A stretch of DNA of 32,000 nucleotides from Promethearchaeum syntrophicum. Lineage in GTDB: Archaea; Asgardarchaeota; Lokiarchaeia; Sigyniarchaeales; Promethearchaeaceae. The stretch's first letter is position 1, and every line of letters starts with the position of its first letter. The position numbers were made by a program, and so were the translations under genes. Below, one piece after another: positions 15,255 to 24,472 of the stretch. The notes under the pieces were generated by a model, which searched no databases, was not told the DNA's origin, and saw only the letters and a list, made by a program, of their open reading frames with translations. Location: assembly GCF_008000775.2 (NCBI RefSeq), contig NZ_CP042905.2, forward strand, positions 2,700,001 to 2,732,000, given 5' to 3'.

Positions 15255-15542
15255 ATGGCAAGAAAAATAAAATGGCAAGGTGAGAAATTAAGATTGGTTA
15301 AACGCCATTTTGTAAATATTGGGGGAATGACAGTTCTTTTAATTGATGAAACAAACTTTCCTCATCTAATTGTTAGTTTAAATCCAAAAAACTACATCCT
15401 TGAGCCCAACGAAATAATTGTTAAAGATTTTGGAGATAATCATGGTATTAAGGATGTTTTAATTTCTGAGAAATATCTAATCCCAACAGGAAAATGGGTT
15501 GAAATAAAAAATGAATTATGTGAAATTTGTAAGGTTCTTTAA
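15255..15542 (+). CDS. hypothetical small protein (95 aa)
   Basis: The ATG at 15255 is preceded by GGTGA 6 nt upstream. The track start at 15201 is an upstream TTG. No domain recognised. Confidence 0.45.
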   Translation: MARKIKWQGEKLRLVKRHFVNIGGMTVLLIDETNFPHLIVSLNPKNYILEPNEIIVKDFGDNHGIKDVLISEKYLIPTGKWVEIKNELCEICKVL

Positions 15543-15815
15543 TTTATTTTAACGTCCTTGCTCATTTTTGAATTTATAAAACTTTTTTAGAAATAAGAAT
15601 TTTCTGAACAAATTTATATTTTTTTAATTCATAAAAGGTGCAATTCTGGTTATTTTTAAGTTAATACATATTCTACAATCTTTGTTTTCAATTCTGGACA
15701 AATATGATTAGAAAATTAGTATTCTGAGGAACATATGTGAAAAGTAGGGAGAAACATTTAATAAGCTAGGCAATGTGAAGATTATTAAGGAAATAAATCA
15801 CAAGAAGGTTTGTAT

Positions 15816-17384
15816 ATGTCAAATAAATATATTTTATCTTATGATCACGGTACATCAGGAATGAAAACGGCAATAATATCTACACAAGGAGAAATAATAG
15901 GTTTTAATGTAGAAGAATACGAATTATTCCATTATGAACAAGGATGTGCTGAGCAAGACCCAAATGATTGGTGGAACTCCCTGATTAAAACTACTCAGGC
16001 ATTGCTCTCGCAAAATTTAGTACCAATTGAAGATATCGTCGCGATATGTAGCTCAAATCAGATGGATGGCACGATTCCCATAGATAAAGAGGGAAATAAT
16101 TTATATAATTGTATAAGTTGGATGGATACTCGAGGGGCTACAGCCGTTCGCGAACTCTGTGGTGGGCCAGTTGCAGAATATAACCCATTTAAGCTTATCA
16201 AATTTCTTAGAAAAACAGGAGCAGCTCCAGGGTTGAGTGGAAAAGATATTCTCGGTCATATTTTATGGTTAAAAGATGCTCATCCTGAAATTTATAAAAA
16301 AACGTGGAAATTTATGGACTGTAAAGATTATCTAAATTTTCGATTAACAGGGAAAGTAGCCACATCTTATGATTGCGCAGTTTTAACATTCCTACTTAAT
16401 ACTCAAGATATTAATAATCTTTATTATGATGAAAAATTGCTTGAAATGGTAAATATTCCCCGAGAAAAATTTCCAGATCCTTACCCCTCTACCCATATTT
16501 TAGGAACTCTAACGGAAGAAGTAGCTGAAACGTTAGGATTAGCGCCATCAACAAAAGTTATAATAGGTGCAGGGGATATGGGTTCAGCTCAGGTCGGTTC
16601 GGGAGCAATTGAATATAATCAAGCACATATTTCAATCGGAAGTTCATCTTGGGTCATGACACATTCGAAAAAGCGAAAAATCGATATTATTCATACTATT
16701 CCCTCCTTACCTGCTGCAATTCCGGGAAGATATATATCTTTTGGTGAACAAGAAAGTGCAGGTATTAATTTATCATGGCTAAGAGATAATATTTTGTATC
16801 ACAAAGATGAATTATTACGAGACGAACAAAAATCGGATGTTTATAAGATATTTGATAGTCTAGTTGAACAAACCGAAGCGGGATCAAAAAAATTAATTTT
16901 TACTCCATGGCTTTGGGGAGAACGTTGTCCGATTGAGGATCACACCATTAGAGGAGGTTTGCATAATGTATCGCTAGAAATTGAGCGAAAACATCTATTG
17001 AGAGCTATTTACGAAGGAGTAGCATATAACTCTAGATGGGTTTTCGAACCTTTAACCAAAATGGTACACAATAGATTGGATCCTATCGTATTAATTGGGG
17101 GAGGTGCAATTTCAGATATTTGGTGTCAAATTTACGCCGATGTTTTAGATCGAACAGTAAAGCAACACGCTCATCCAAAAGAAGGTGTTTGTATAGGAGC
17201 TGCTTTAATTGCATCTGTAGCTTTGGAATATATTACATGGGATCAAATTCCGGATCTGATAAAATACAAAAAGGAATATAAGCCAAATCCTGCAAATCGT
17301 GAGATTTATGATGAATTATTTGCGGAATATAAAGCGATCTATAAAAACAATAAAAAAATGTATCGCAGATTGAACCATTTCTAA
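15816..17384 (+). CDS. FGGY-family carbohydrate kinase (xylulokinase/ribulokinase-like)
   Basis: The N-terminal ILSYDHGTSGMKTAII...EQDPNDWW and the overall length are typical of FGGY kinases. The ATG at 15816 is preferred over the TTG at 15810. Confidence 0.85.
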   Translation: MSNKYILSYDHGTSGMKTAIISTQGEIIGFNVEEYELFHYEQGCAEQDPNDWWNSLIKTTQALLSQNLVPIEDIVAICSSNQMDGTIPIDKEGNNLYNCISWMDTRGATAVRELCGGPVAEYNPFKLIKFLRKTGAAPGLSGKDILGHILWLKDAHPEIYKKTWKFMDCKDYLNFRLTGKVATSYDCAVLTFLLNTQDINNLYYDEKLLEMVNIPREKFPDPYPSTHILGTLTEEVAETLGLAPSTKVIIGAGDMGSAQVGSGAIEYNQAHISIGSSSWVMTHSKKRKIDIIHTIPSLPAAIPGRYISFGEQESAGINLSWLRDNILYHKDELLRDEQKSDVYKIFDSLVEQTEAGSKKLIFTPWLWGERCPIEDHTIRGGLHNVSLEIERKHLLRAIYEGVAYNSRWVFEPLTKMVHNRLDPIVLIGGGAISDIWCQIYADVLDRTVKQHAHPKEGVCIGAALIASVALEYITWDQIPDLIKYKKEYKPNPANREIYDELFAEYKAIYKNNKKMYRRLNHF

Positions 17385-17398
17385 GAATATACTACCTA

Positions 17399-18034
17399 TT
17401 ATGAATTTTGAGCAATTCTGTTTTTTTCTTCAGGTGGTAGACAATCGAAGCACATTGAATTTTGGATTTTTTTATAATTCTTTTTACAGATAGGACATAA
17501 ATCATGCCCATTTTCTAAAGCATAATGACATACTTTGCAGAGAATAATTGTGTCTTGCGCGAGATTCATATAATTGGGAATAGGGGGTGCATGTTTTTCT
17601 TCCAATATTGTGTTTATTTCATCTCGATACTTCCAAATAAAAATTCGGATCCCCCTTTTTCCAAGATTGAAGTTATATTTTACCTCAATTTTTGTATTAG
17701 ATTCATCCAATTTCTGGAATTTTTGACATTTCTTGCAGGTAACGTTCTTATATTTATTATTGGAAACTATTTGCTGATTATCGCATAATGGGCAATGGAA
17801 AAATCTTTCTTTTTTTCCTTGGAACGGAATTTCTCCTGATCGCATTTTACTCTCTATCAACTGCTTAACTACCCTCCGTTCCATAATATTTCGCAATGAA
17901 CGTTCGGTGTAATGATGGTGGATTTGGAGATCGTGTTTTTTCCCACATTGCTGACAAAATTGATCCTGAATTAGTTTTTTTCTTTGATCTTTCCATTCTT
18001 TAGTATTCCAACTTCGGGAATATTTGGCAGTCAT
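17399..18034 (-). CDS. Cys-rich zinc-ribbon protein with split HNH-endonuclease-like motifs
   Basis: W..W..QRKKLI....CQQCG....LQIHHH resembles the N-terminal half of HNH, and ILCKVCHYALENGH resembles the C-terminal half. Extra CxxC pairs lie between them (CPLC...CKKC, CPIC...CFDC). The ATG at 18034 is preferred over the TTG at 18058. Confidence 0.45.
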   Translation of the reverse strand: MTAKYSRSWNTKEWKDQRKKLIQDQFCQQCGKKHDLQIHHHYTERSLRNIMERRVVKQLIESKMRSGEIPFQGKKERFFHCPLCDNQQIVSNNKYKNVTCKKCQKFQKLDESNTKIEVKYNFNLGKRGIRIFIWKYRDEINTILEEKHAPPIPNYMNLAQDTIILCKVCHYALENGHDLCPICKKNYKKIQNSMCFDCLPPEEKNRIAQNS

Positions 18035-18082
18035 GAAAATAAATAATGGTATAAGCAATAAAAAAAAAATTAATCTGAAAGA

Positions 18083-19528
18083 TCAAGCTTGAATATTTGA
18101 GAAGATTCGATCAAATCGCAATAAAGCCTCATCAATGATTTCATTTGAATCCATCATATTCATATACATACGACTCCCAGCAAGAGTGATCATACCTTCA
18201 GCCATCATTGCTGCTCCCATCTCACTCATTGCATGCTTTCGATCCATTGCTTCCTTTAACGCGCCATCTACACTAACATCCACTAACATGGCTCCTGCGG
18301 TCTCAATATGACATAATGATCCTTGATTATAGGCAACAAAAGGTAAATTATATCTTCCAATAATTTTATTTAACCCACTAATTAGCCGATCTCCTGCTAA
18401 GGCTGCTTTATAATATGCTTCATTTCTCTCGATTTCTTTTATTGCCCAATAACCCGCAACGCATGTTAAGGGGTTAGCGCTAAGGGTTCCTCCGATATAT
18501 GCGCGATGTTTTCCTGTTTCAACACCTGCAGCGAGATATTTAATAATTTCTTCATGACCGCCAACACCTCCAGCCATTGGATATCCGCCAGCAACTATTT
18601 TTCCAAAGGTTGTTAAATCTGGATCAACATTAAAATATCCTTGAGCCCCTCCCATCCCTGATCTAAAACCAGTCACAACTTCATCAAAAACAAGAAGCGT
18701 ATCGTATTGAGTACATAATTCTCGTGCTTGTTTACAAAAGTCCTTAACTCTTGGTCTAGTTCCTGATTCGGGACCAAAAGGTTCCAAAAAGACTGCGGCT
18801 GTACCACCCTTCTTTTCACTTCTCTTTAATAAATCTTCTAAAGCCTCAATATCATTTGGGAAAAATTCTTGAGTATATTTAAGAGCGCCATGTGGAATTC
18901 CATGAGCTTCATAATCACCTGTTCCGGGAATATGTAATCCATAAACAAATTGATCTGACCATCCATGGTATGCCCCTCCTTCTTTGATAATTCTTTTCTT
19001 CTTTGTGTATACTCTTGCTAAACGTGCTATTGCCATGTTAGATTCTGTTCCGCTTCCGAGCATACGAAACATTTCTACACTGGGCATATGAGAACTTATT
19101 AACTCCGCTAATTTCAATTCATATTCATGAAATAATCCAGTAACGGGCCCACATTCATTAAGAACCTCAATCACTTTCTCACGGACAGGGGTCCAATTAC
19201 TTCCTAAAAGAGTAGGGCCCCCTGCTTGAAGAAAATCAATATATTTATTTCCATCCATATCCCACATATAAGCGCCATCAGCTTTTGAAATACAAATTGG
19301 AAAAGGATAATTAAAAGCTAAATTATGTTGAACTCCACCGGGGATTAATTTTTTTGCTCTTTCTGTTATTTCTTTTGATTTCTGACAATTGGATTCAAAA
19401 TAATTCAAATATTCCTTCATTTTATCCTTTTTTATTGTTTTAATTGGCTGTTTTACCAAGTTATCAAGTTTTCCTAAAATATCTTGTGCTTTTGGCCAAT
19501 AAGTTAACCCAAATTTTTTTTGATTCAT
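18083..19528 (-). CDS. class-III PLP aminotransferase, glutamate-1-semialdehyde 2,1-aminomutase-like
   Basis: VFDEVVTGFRSGMGGAQGYFNVDPDLTTFGKIVAGGYP closely parallels the HemL motif DEVMTGFR...GGAQ...PDL...GKIIGGG, including the PLP lysine. The N-terminal extension is longer than in typical HemL. The ATG at 19528 is preferred over the GTG at 19537. Confidence 0.8.
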   Translation of the reverse strand: MNQKKFGLTYWPKAQDILGKLDNLVKQPIKTIKKDKMKEYLNYFESNCQKSKEITERAKKLIPGGVQHNLAFNYPFPICISKADGAYMWDMDGNKYIDFLQAGGPTLLGSNWTPVREKVIEVLNECGPVTGLFHEYELKLAELISSHMPSVEMFRMLGSGTESNMAIARLARVYTKKKRIIKEGGAYHGWSDQFVYGLHIPGTGDYEAHGIPHGALKYTQEFFPNDIEALEDLLKRSEKKGGTAAVFLEPFGPESGTRPRVKDFCKQARELCTQYDTLLVFDEVVTGFRSGMGGAQGYFNVDPDLTTFGKIVAGGYPMAGGVGGHEEIIKYLAAGVETGKHRAYIGGTLSANPLTCVAGYWAIKEIERNEAYYKAALAGDRLISGLNKIIGRYNLPFVAYNQGSLCHIETAGAMLVDVSVDGALKEAMDRKHAMSEMGAAMMAEGMITLAGSRMYMNMMDSNEIIDEALLRFDRIFSNIQA

Positions 19529-19643
19529 AAATATCACTTCATTCGATAATATAATTTCGTCTCATTCCTATTATAACTCTTTTTATGGAATAATTGTATT
19601 TTTTTAGTGAAAATCTCTAGGTCAAATTTGTTAAAAAAAAAAA

Positions 19644-20387
19644 TTAGGATTTTATAAATGGATTTTTCTCATCAAAGATAACATATAATGCTAAATCCAC
19701 AATTTGATGTTCACTATCAATTTTAAGAACGTCCACTATGGTTCGTCCTCCATAGATTGGCGGAATTAAATGTTCAAACCACATTTCAAATAAACCGGCA
19801 ATTATGTAATAATGCGCAAACCCATTCTCAATCACATCTTCAGATAGTACATAACCACCTTCAAATGATATAATCGCGGCTAAATTCGTTAGTTTATCTG
19901 GAAATCCATCCTTATCAAGTCTAATATCGTCTTTGAATGTCTCAACTGGGAGTGTCACCTGTAGTACTTTTAGGGTTGTTTCAATAATATCTGATAAATG
20001 ATGGGATTGTTTTTTGAAATTAGCATCTTTTGATAAATCAGGGAATTTCATCATTGGATAGGTAATTTTACCTAATTCTTTGAAATTCTGCTTACCTTCT
20101 GGATTTCTAATATCCCATTTCTCCCCACCCACAATTTTTAACCCTTGTAAGATAGCTTGGTATTGAAATCCATAGATTGTTTGGGGTCGTATTCGTTCTT
20201 TGAGTATATAAGATTTATCTGGTTGCTTGCAAATAGATCCCTTCATTTCTAAAAGATCTAAATATCTATAAACAGAATTTCTGGAGACCTTTAATAATTT
20301 CTGAAGTTGTCCAATTCGGAGTCCGTCAGGGTTTCGATCTAAAATCCGTAAGATTTTTTCTTGGATTGATTCTCCTTTCTTAGTCAT
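19644..20387 (-). CDS. winged-helix transcriptional regulator with an uncharacterised C-terminal domain
   Basis: The N-terminus ILRILDRNPDGLRIGQLQKLLKVSRNSVYRYLDLLEMKG is a typical MarR/ArsR/TrmB-style wHTH. Confidence 0.6.
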   Translation of the reverse strand: MTKKGESIQEKILRILDRNPDGLRIGQLQKLLKVSRNSVYRYLDLLEMKGSICKQPDKSYILKERIRPQTIYGFQYQAILQGLKIVGGEKWDIRNPEGKQNFKELGKITYPMMKFPDLSKDANFKKQSHHLSDIIETTLKVLQVTLPVETFKDDIRLDKDGFPDKLTNLAAIISFEGGYVLSEDVIENGFAHYYIIAGLFEMWFEHLIPPIYGGRTIVDVLKIDSEHQIVDLALYVIFDEKNPFIKS

Positions 20388-20692
20388 TTAATTCACTTAT
20401 TTCTTTTTTGATAAAAAATGTTTATTTTCTTATATTAAAACAGAACAAATAAATCTTAAATTTCTTTCTTTTTTTAATCAAATTTAGTCAAAAATAAATT
20501 TTTGTTGTGTTTACTCAAGGTTAAGGCATTTTTAAAGTGTTTAAGTATTAAAAAAATATCGTAATTTCTCGATTGGTTAGCTATTTTATTATTTTCTATA
20601 TTCCTTCAAGATAAAAGATTAATAAGCTAAATTACCATAAAGTAATTAATTGTTTCAAATATCTTAAATTATTCAAGATAAAGGTTAAAATT

Positions 20693-21376
20693 ATGACAGA
20701 TCAAATTCATTGCCCTCAATGTGGGGCACTTGCTAAGCACGATCAAAAATTCTGTGAAAGTTGTGGATCAGAAATACCCCAAGGAATTTCAATTGAAAAA
20801 AAACAAGATTATACATCGAATGTTGGATTATTTGATCCTTCCCATTTGAACTACGTTCTTCAAGAAAAATACTGGGATTTCGGGAGTGGGCCTATTTATG
20901 ATGAGGGCGGTAATCAAATTGGAAAGATGAAAAGAAAATTGTTATCTCTTCGCGCGAAAATAGAACTTCTAGAAATGAATGGCCATATTGGTGCCTCAAT
21001 TCATAGAAAAATAGTCGCAATTAAACCTAGTTATGATTTGAAAGATGAAAACGAAGTGTTAATTGCACGATTTCAAAAAACTCTACTTTCTGTATTTAGA
21101 CCTAAATTTGAATTAAAAGATCCTAACGGAAATATAATTTTTACTGCATTCGGGAAATTCATGGGATTTGATTTTGAGATCTATAAAGGTTCGGATAATT
21201 TAAAACAAAATTTAATTGCCGAAATCCATAAAACAGATAGATGGAAAGATGTCTTCTTTGGAGGTATAATAGATTTTAAGGATACTTATGCAATTAGGGT
21301 TCATGATAAATCTGTAGATCGACGTTTATTGCTGGGATTTGTAATTACGATCGATAACGTATTGCACGATCAATAA
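20693..21376 (+). CDS. zinc-ribbon plus LURP-one-related/YxjI-like (tubby C-terminal-like fold) protein
   Basis: The N-terminus has CPQCG...CESCG. The remainder shows the alternating beta-strand pattern of the LOR/DUF567 family, ending with DTYAIRVHDKSVDRRLLLGFVITIDNV. Family assignment is from memory of the pattern. Confidence 0.45.
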   Translation: MTDQIHCPQCGALAKHDQKFCESCGSEIPQGISIEKKQDYTSNVGLFDPSHLNYVLQEKYWDFGSGPIYDEGGNQIGKMKRKLLSLRAKIELLEMNGHIGASIHRKIVAIKPSYDLKDENEVLIARFQKTLLSVFRPKFELKDPNGNIIFTAFGKFMGFDFEIYKGSDNLKQNLIAEIHKTDRWKDVFFGGIIDFKDTYAIRVHDKSVDRRLLLGFVITIDNVLHDQ

Positions 21377-21395
21377 TTTCTTACAGATTGAGAAA

Positions 21396-21971
21396 ATGGA
21401 GCAATATGAGAAAATGGAGTGTCAATATTTAATTCAAAATGCTGAAGTAACGCATACTTTGAAATTAATTCAAGGAGATATTACCGAACGGGAAACCGAT
21501 GCGATTGTTAATGCCGCCAACATTAATTTAGTTTTAGGGTCGGGAGTAGCAGGAGCCATTCGCAGAAAAGGGGGAAAATCAATACAAGAAGAATGTAATC
21601 AAATCGGAAGCTGTGAAGTTGGTGGTGCTGTTATTACTACAGGGGGAAATTTAAATGTTAAACATGTGATTCATGCAATCGGTCCAATTTACAAGCAATA
21701 TCCCCCAAAAGAAGCGGAATTACATCTCTCCAATGCAATAAAAAATAGTTTAGAAATTTTACAAGATAATAAACTCTCAAGTATTTCTTTTCCTGCTATT
21801 TCAACTGGAGTGTATGGTTTTCCAAAACATCCCGCTGCAGATATTATAATTTCAACAATCATTCGGTTTTTAAAAACTTCATTAATTCAATTGAGTGTAG
21901 AAATCTGCCTTTTTTCAAGTGATGATTATAACATTTTTAACAATAAAGCCCGTATGATATTAAAAAAATGA
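21396..21971 (+). CDS. macro domain protein (ADP-ribose binding / O-acetyl-ADP-ribose deacetylase-like)
   Basis: GDITERETDAIVNAAN...GSGVAGAIRRKGG...VIHAIGP...SISFPAISTGVYGFP are the canonical macrodomain motifs. Confidence 0.85.
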   Translation: MEQYEKMECQYLIQNAEVTHTLKLIQGDITERETDAIVNAANINLVLGSGVAGAIRRKGGKSIQEECNQIGSCEVGGAVITTGGNLNVKHVIHAIGPIYKQYPPKEAELHLSNAIKNSLEILQDNKLSSISFPAISTGVYGFPKHPAADIIISTIIRFLKTSLIQLSVEICLFSSDDYNIFNNKARMILKK

Positions 21972-22170
21972 AAACAAACACAATAATATTTAAGATAACA
22001 AATTAAAATATAACTTAAGACCAAACGCTTGTAGAGCATAAAGGTCCAGAAATAATTTCACAATCAGATCACTTATACTCCATAACGAATTCTAGCTATA
22101 TTAAATCGTTAACGTTGATCTGGCTAAAAATTTGCTTCGAAAATAAAAAGAGGAAGAAAAAACCTTGGCG

Positions 22171-23160
22171 ATGATGGACGATTATAAAGATTTTAGATGT
22201 TTTTCTTTACTTGATGATGGGGAAAAAGAAGAGATTGAAGTTGAGCAAGAAAAAATTGAAGAATTGTTTGATACTGATAAAGTCTTTCTGCTAGTTCGCT
22301 ACGACCTCAGAAGATTGTTCATCTGGAAAGGCCCCCGCGCCCCTGTTCGAAAACGTTTTATTTCTTCACGTGTAGGGGCACAATTACAGCAAGAATCAGC
22401 GAAAGTCGCCATGCATTTGAAGATTGTGAGCGTAGATGCAGGAGATGAACCCGTTGAGTTCCTCCGCGTATTCAAATTAGATCCGTATGAAGTGGACGAG
22501 CAAGAAAAGATCGAGGATATGTATTATATACGGAATGATGAACGTCGCAAGATAGAAGAAGCGGAAATTGCAGCTAAAATTAAAGCGAAAAAGGGGAAAA
22601 AGAAGAAAGAATATTGGTCGCCTGTGTTAGAGGAAGAAAAAAGATTAGAACAAATGCAAAAAGCCAAAGCGAAAGCGATTTCAACGAAAGCTAAAGCTCC
22701 CGTGAAAGCATCTAAAAAATCAGTAGCCAAACCAAAAACTAGTACATCTACATCCCGACAAACACAACCTCCAAGGAAAAAATTTGCTGAGCATATACCA
22801 TCTATGGATACCCTAACAAAAGATGCAGAAAAACTAGTTCTAAAAGAAATTCTTAAAGCAGATTGCCCAAAGGGATTCAAACGCTTAAATATTGTAGTTG
22901 AATCTTCCCTTTATGGTCCAAAAAAAGTGACCTCTGAGCTTTTTGGAAAGAAAATTGAAGAAATTGAATGGGACAGAATTAAAAAAATTCCTGAGGGTAG
23001 TTTTGACATCGAATCGGGTCAGCTTAGAATTCGTGCTAAAAACAATAAAATACAAGGAATTGAAATTTTTACTAAATCTACTAATACCAAAGAAAAAACT
23101 GGCAAAAATACTGCTAAAAAGAGCACAAAAAGGAAATTAAATACAATACCTACTGGTTAG
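22171..23160 (+). CDS. gelsolin-like domain protein with a Lys-rich linker and an uncharacterised C-terminal domain
   Basis: The N-terminal 100 aa or so (FDTDKVFLLVRYDLRRLFIWKGPRAPVRKRFISSRVGAQLQQESAKVAMHLKIVSVDAGDEPVEFLRVFK) follows the gelsolin-repeat pattern of D.yil, then iW.G, then a helix, then v.eG.EP.eF...F. The ATG at 22171 is preferred over the TTG at 22165. Confidence 0.55.
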   Translation: MMDDYKDFRCFSLLDDGEKEEIEVEQEKIEELFDTDKVFLLVRYDLRRLFIWKGPRAPVRKRFISSRVGAQLQQESAKVAMHLKIVSVDAGDEPVEFLRVFKLDPYEVDEQEKIEDMYYIRNDERRKIEEAEIAAKIKAKKGKKKKEYWSPVLEEEKRLEQMQKAKAKAISTKAKAPVKASKKSVAKPKTSTSTSRQTQPPRKKFAEHIPSMDTLTKDAEKLVLKEILKADCPKGFKRLNIVVESSLYGPKKVTSELFGKKIEEIEWDRIKKIPEGSFDIESGQLRIRAKNNKIQGIEIFTKSTNTKEKTGKNTAKKSTKRKLNTIPTG

Positions 23161-23508
23161 AATTAATTTTTTTTTACTTTCTTATTAATTTCAATATATG
23201 TTTTACATTTGAGTAAAATAACCTCTTGTTAAAATTTTATTAGACAAAAGCGTTTTGAACGAAATAATTAAGGAAATAGTCTCATTTTCAAACAATATTT
23301 TTTTACCTCTATTTTCTATTTATATTCTAGCTACTTTACGGATAAGTCTGATTTAATCATCTCAACATAATCATTCGTCAATAGAATTAAACTAAACATA
23401 TAAAAAAAAGATTAAGACTTATAAAGATCCAAAAATAACTTTACACTATCGATTTTATTAAGTTTGCGTCTATATATTCTTATATAAAATTTCGAAAAAA
23501 AAAAGCGA

Positions 23509-24348
23509 ATGATTATGGATGTAATAGAAAAAAATAATAAATTAGGTGGATTGCTGGCAATTATCGGAGCAATCTTAGGAATTGCTCTAAATTATCTGTT
23601 TTTTACCTCTTATTATAAACCTTTAATAGCAGCTCAAGCAGAAATATGTGGACCCGGTTGTGTGATGGTTATCACTTATCTTCTCCCTGCTTTCACGGAT
23701 ATCGGAATAATTGCAGGAGTTCTCTACTTTATTGGTGCGATCGGATTCTTTAATAAAAAAAAATGGGCTTATAATGTAGCAGTTATTGCTAATGTATTAG
23801 CATTGTGGACAAGTTTTTGGCCATCGATTCCTATATTGGATGCAATGGGAAAAATGGAAAATGGTCCTGGGTTCTTTCCGGTTTATATATTTATATTTCT
23901 CCCAAATATCATCTTGTACTTTCTTATAAATGGCGCAACTGGAAAACGTAATATAGGTCGATTAATAGTAGGTTTATTGACAGGAATGGCATTTATCATG
24001 GCTTTCATTAATGGAACTGCTAGTCTTAATATTATGTACGTCAAGGGATTAGCCAGTTTGGACAATACTCTATATGTGATGGCAAACCGCCTATTCTGGC
24101 TTGCAGCTTTTGGGTATGGATTAATTACTGTAGGTATTATGTGCTTTCCAAAAGAATGGGTGAGAATGCTTGGAATTGGATGTGCAATAATCTGTATGTT
24201 ATTTGGATTCCCAATGGGAATTATTACGACTTTAGCAAAAGGAGAAATTTCAATGTACTTAGGAGCTCCAGTAATGAGTTTAGTTTTAGTATTAATATTC
24301 TTAATTCCAGGAATATGGAAGAAAATCATTAAACCTGATGAGAAATGA
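23509..24348 (+). CDS. hypothetical multi-pass membrane protein (about 8 TM)
   Basis: Hydrophobic segments run throughout. No motif recognised. Confidence 0.55.
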   Translation: MIMDVIEKNNKLGGLLAIIGAILGIALNYLFFTSYYKPLIAAQAEICGPGCVMVITYLLPAFTDIGIIAGVLYFIGAIGFFNKKKWAYNVAVIANVLALWTSFWPSIPILDAMGKMENGPGFFPVYIFIFLPNIILYFLINGATGKRNIGRLIVGLLTGMAFIMAFINGTASLNIMYVKGLASLDNTLYVMANRLFWLAAFGYGLITVGIMCFPKEWVRMLGIGCAIICMLFGFPMGIITTLAKGEISMYLGAPVMSLVLVLIFLIPGIWKKIIKPDEK

Positions 24349-24360
24349 AGTGAAAAGAGT

Positions 24361-24385
24361 AGAATAAAATATTCTTTTTTTTTTT
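24361..24385 (+). terminator. hairpin (agaata-aaa-tattct) followed by T11
   Basis: A perfect 6-bp inverted repeat at 24361-24375 runs into a T-run at 24375-24385, 13 nt after the stop at 24348. Confidence 0.45.
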
Positions 24386-24472
24386 ATATTATTGTATATT
24401 TTTTAACGTTTCCGTTTTTTACCTTTATCAATAAAGGTAATTTTTTTATAAAAACAATAAGTTGTATTCAGT

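Noticed and set aside
22524-22880. 118-aa antisense ORF, and the 22943-23140 plus-strand ORF, inside the gelsolin-like gene.
   Set aside because: They are nested in the Lys-rich (AAA/AAG) low-complexity segment, which leaves the antisense and alternative frames open by chance.
23883-24329. 148-aa antisense ORF within the 279-aa membrane protein gene (also 24141-24332 on the plus strand).
   Set aside because: They are nested within a better-supported hydrophobic ORF and have no start context.
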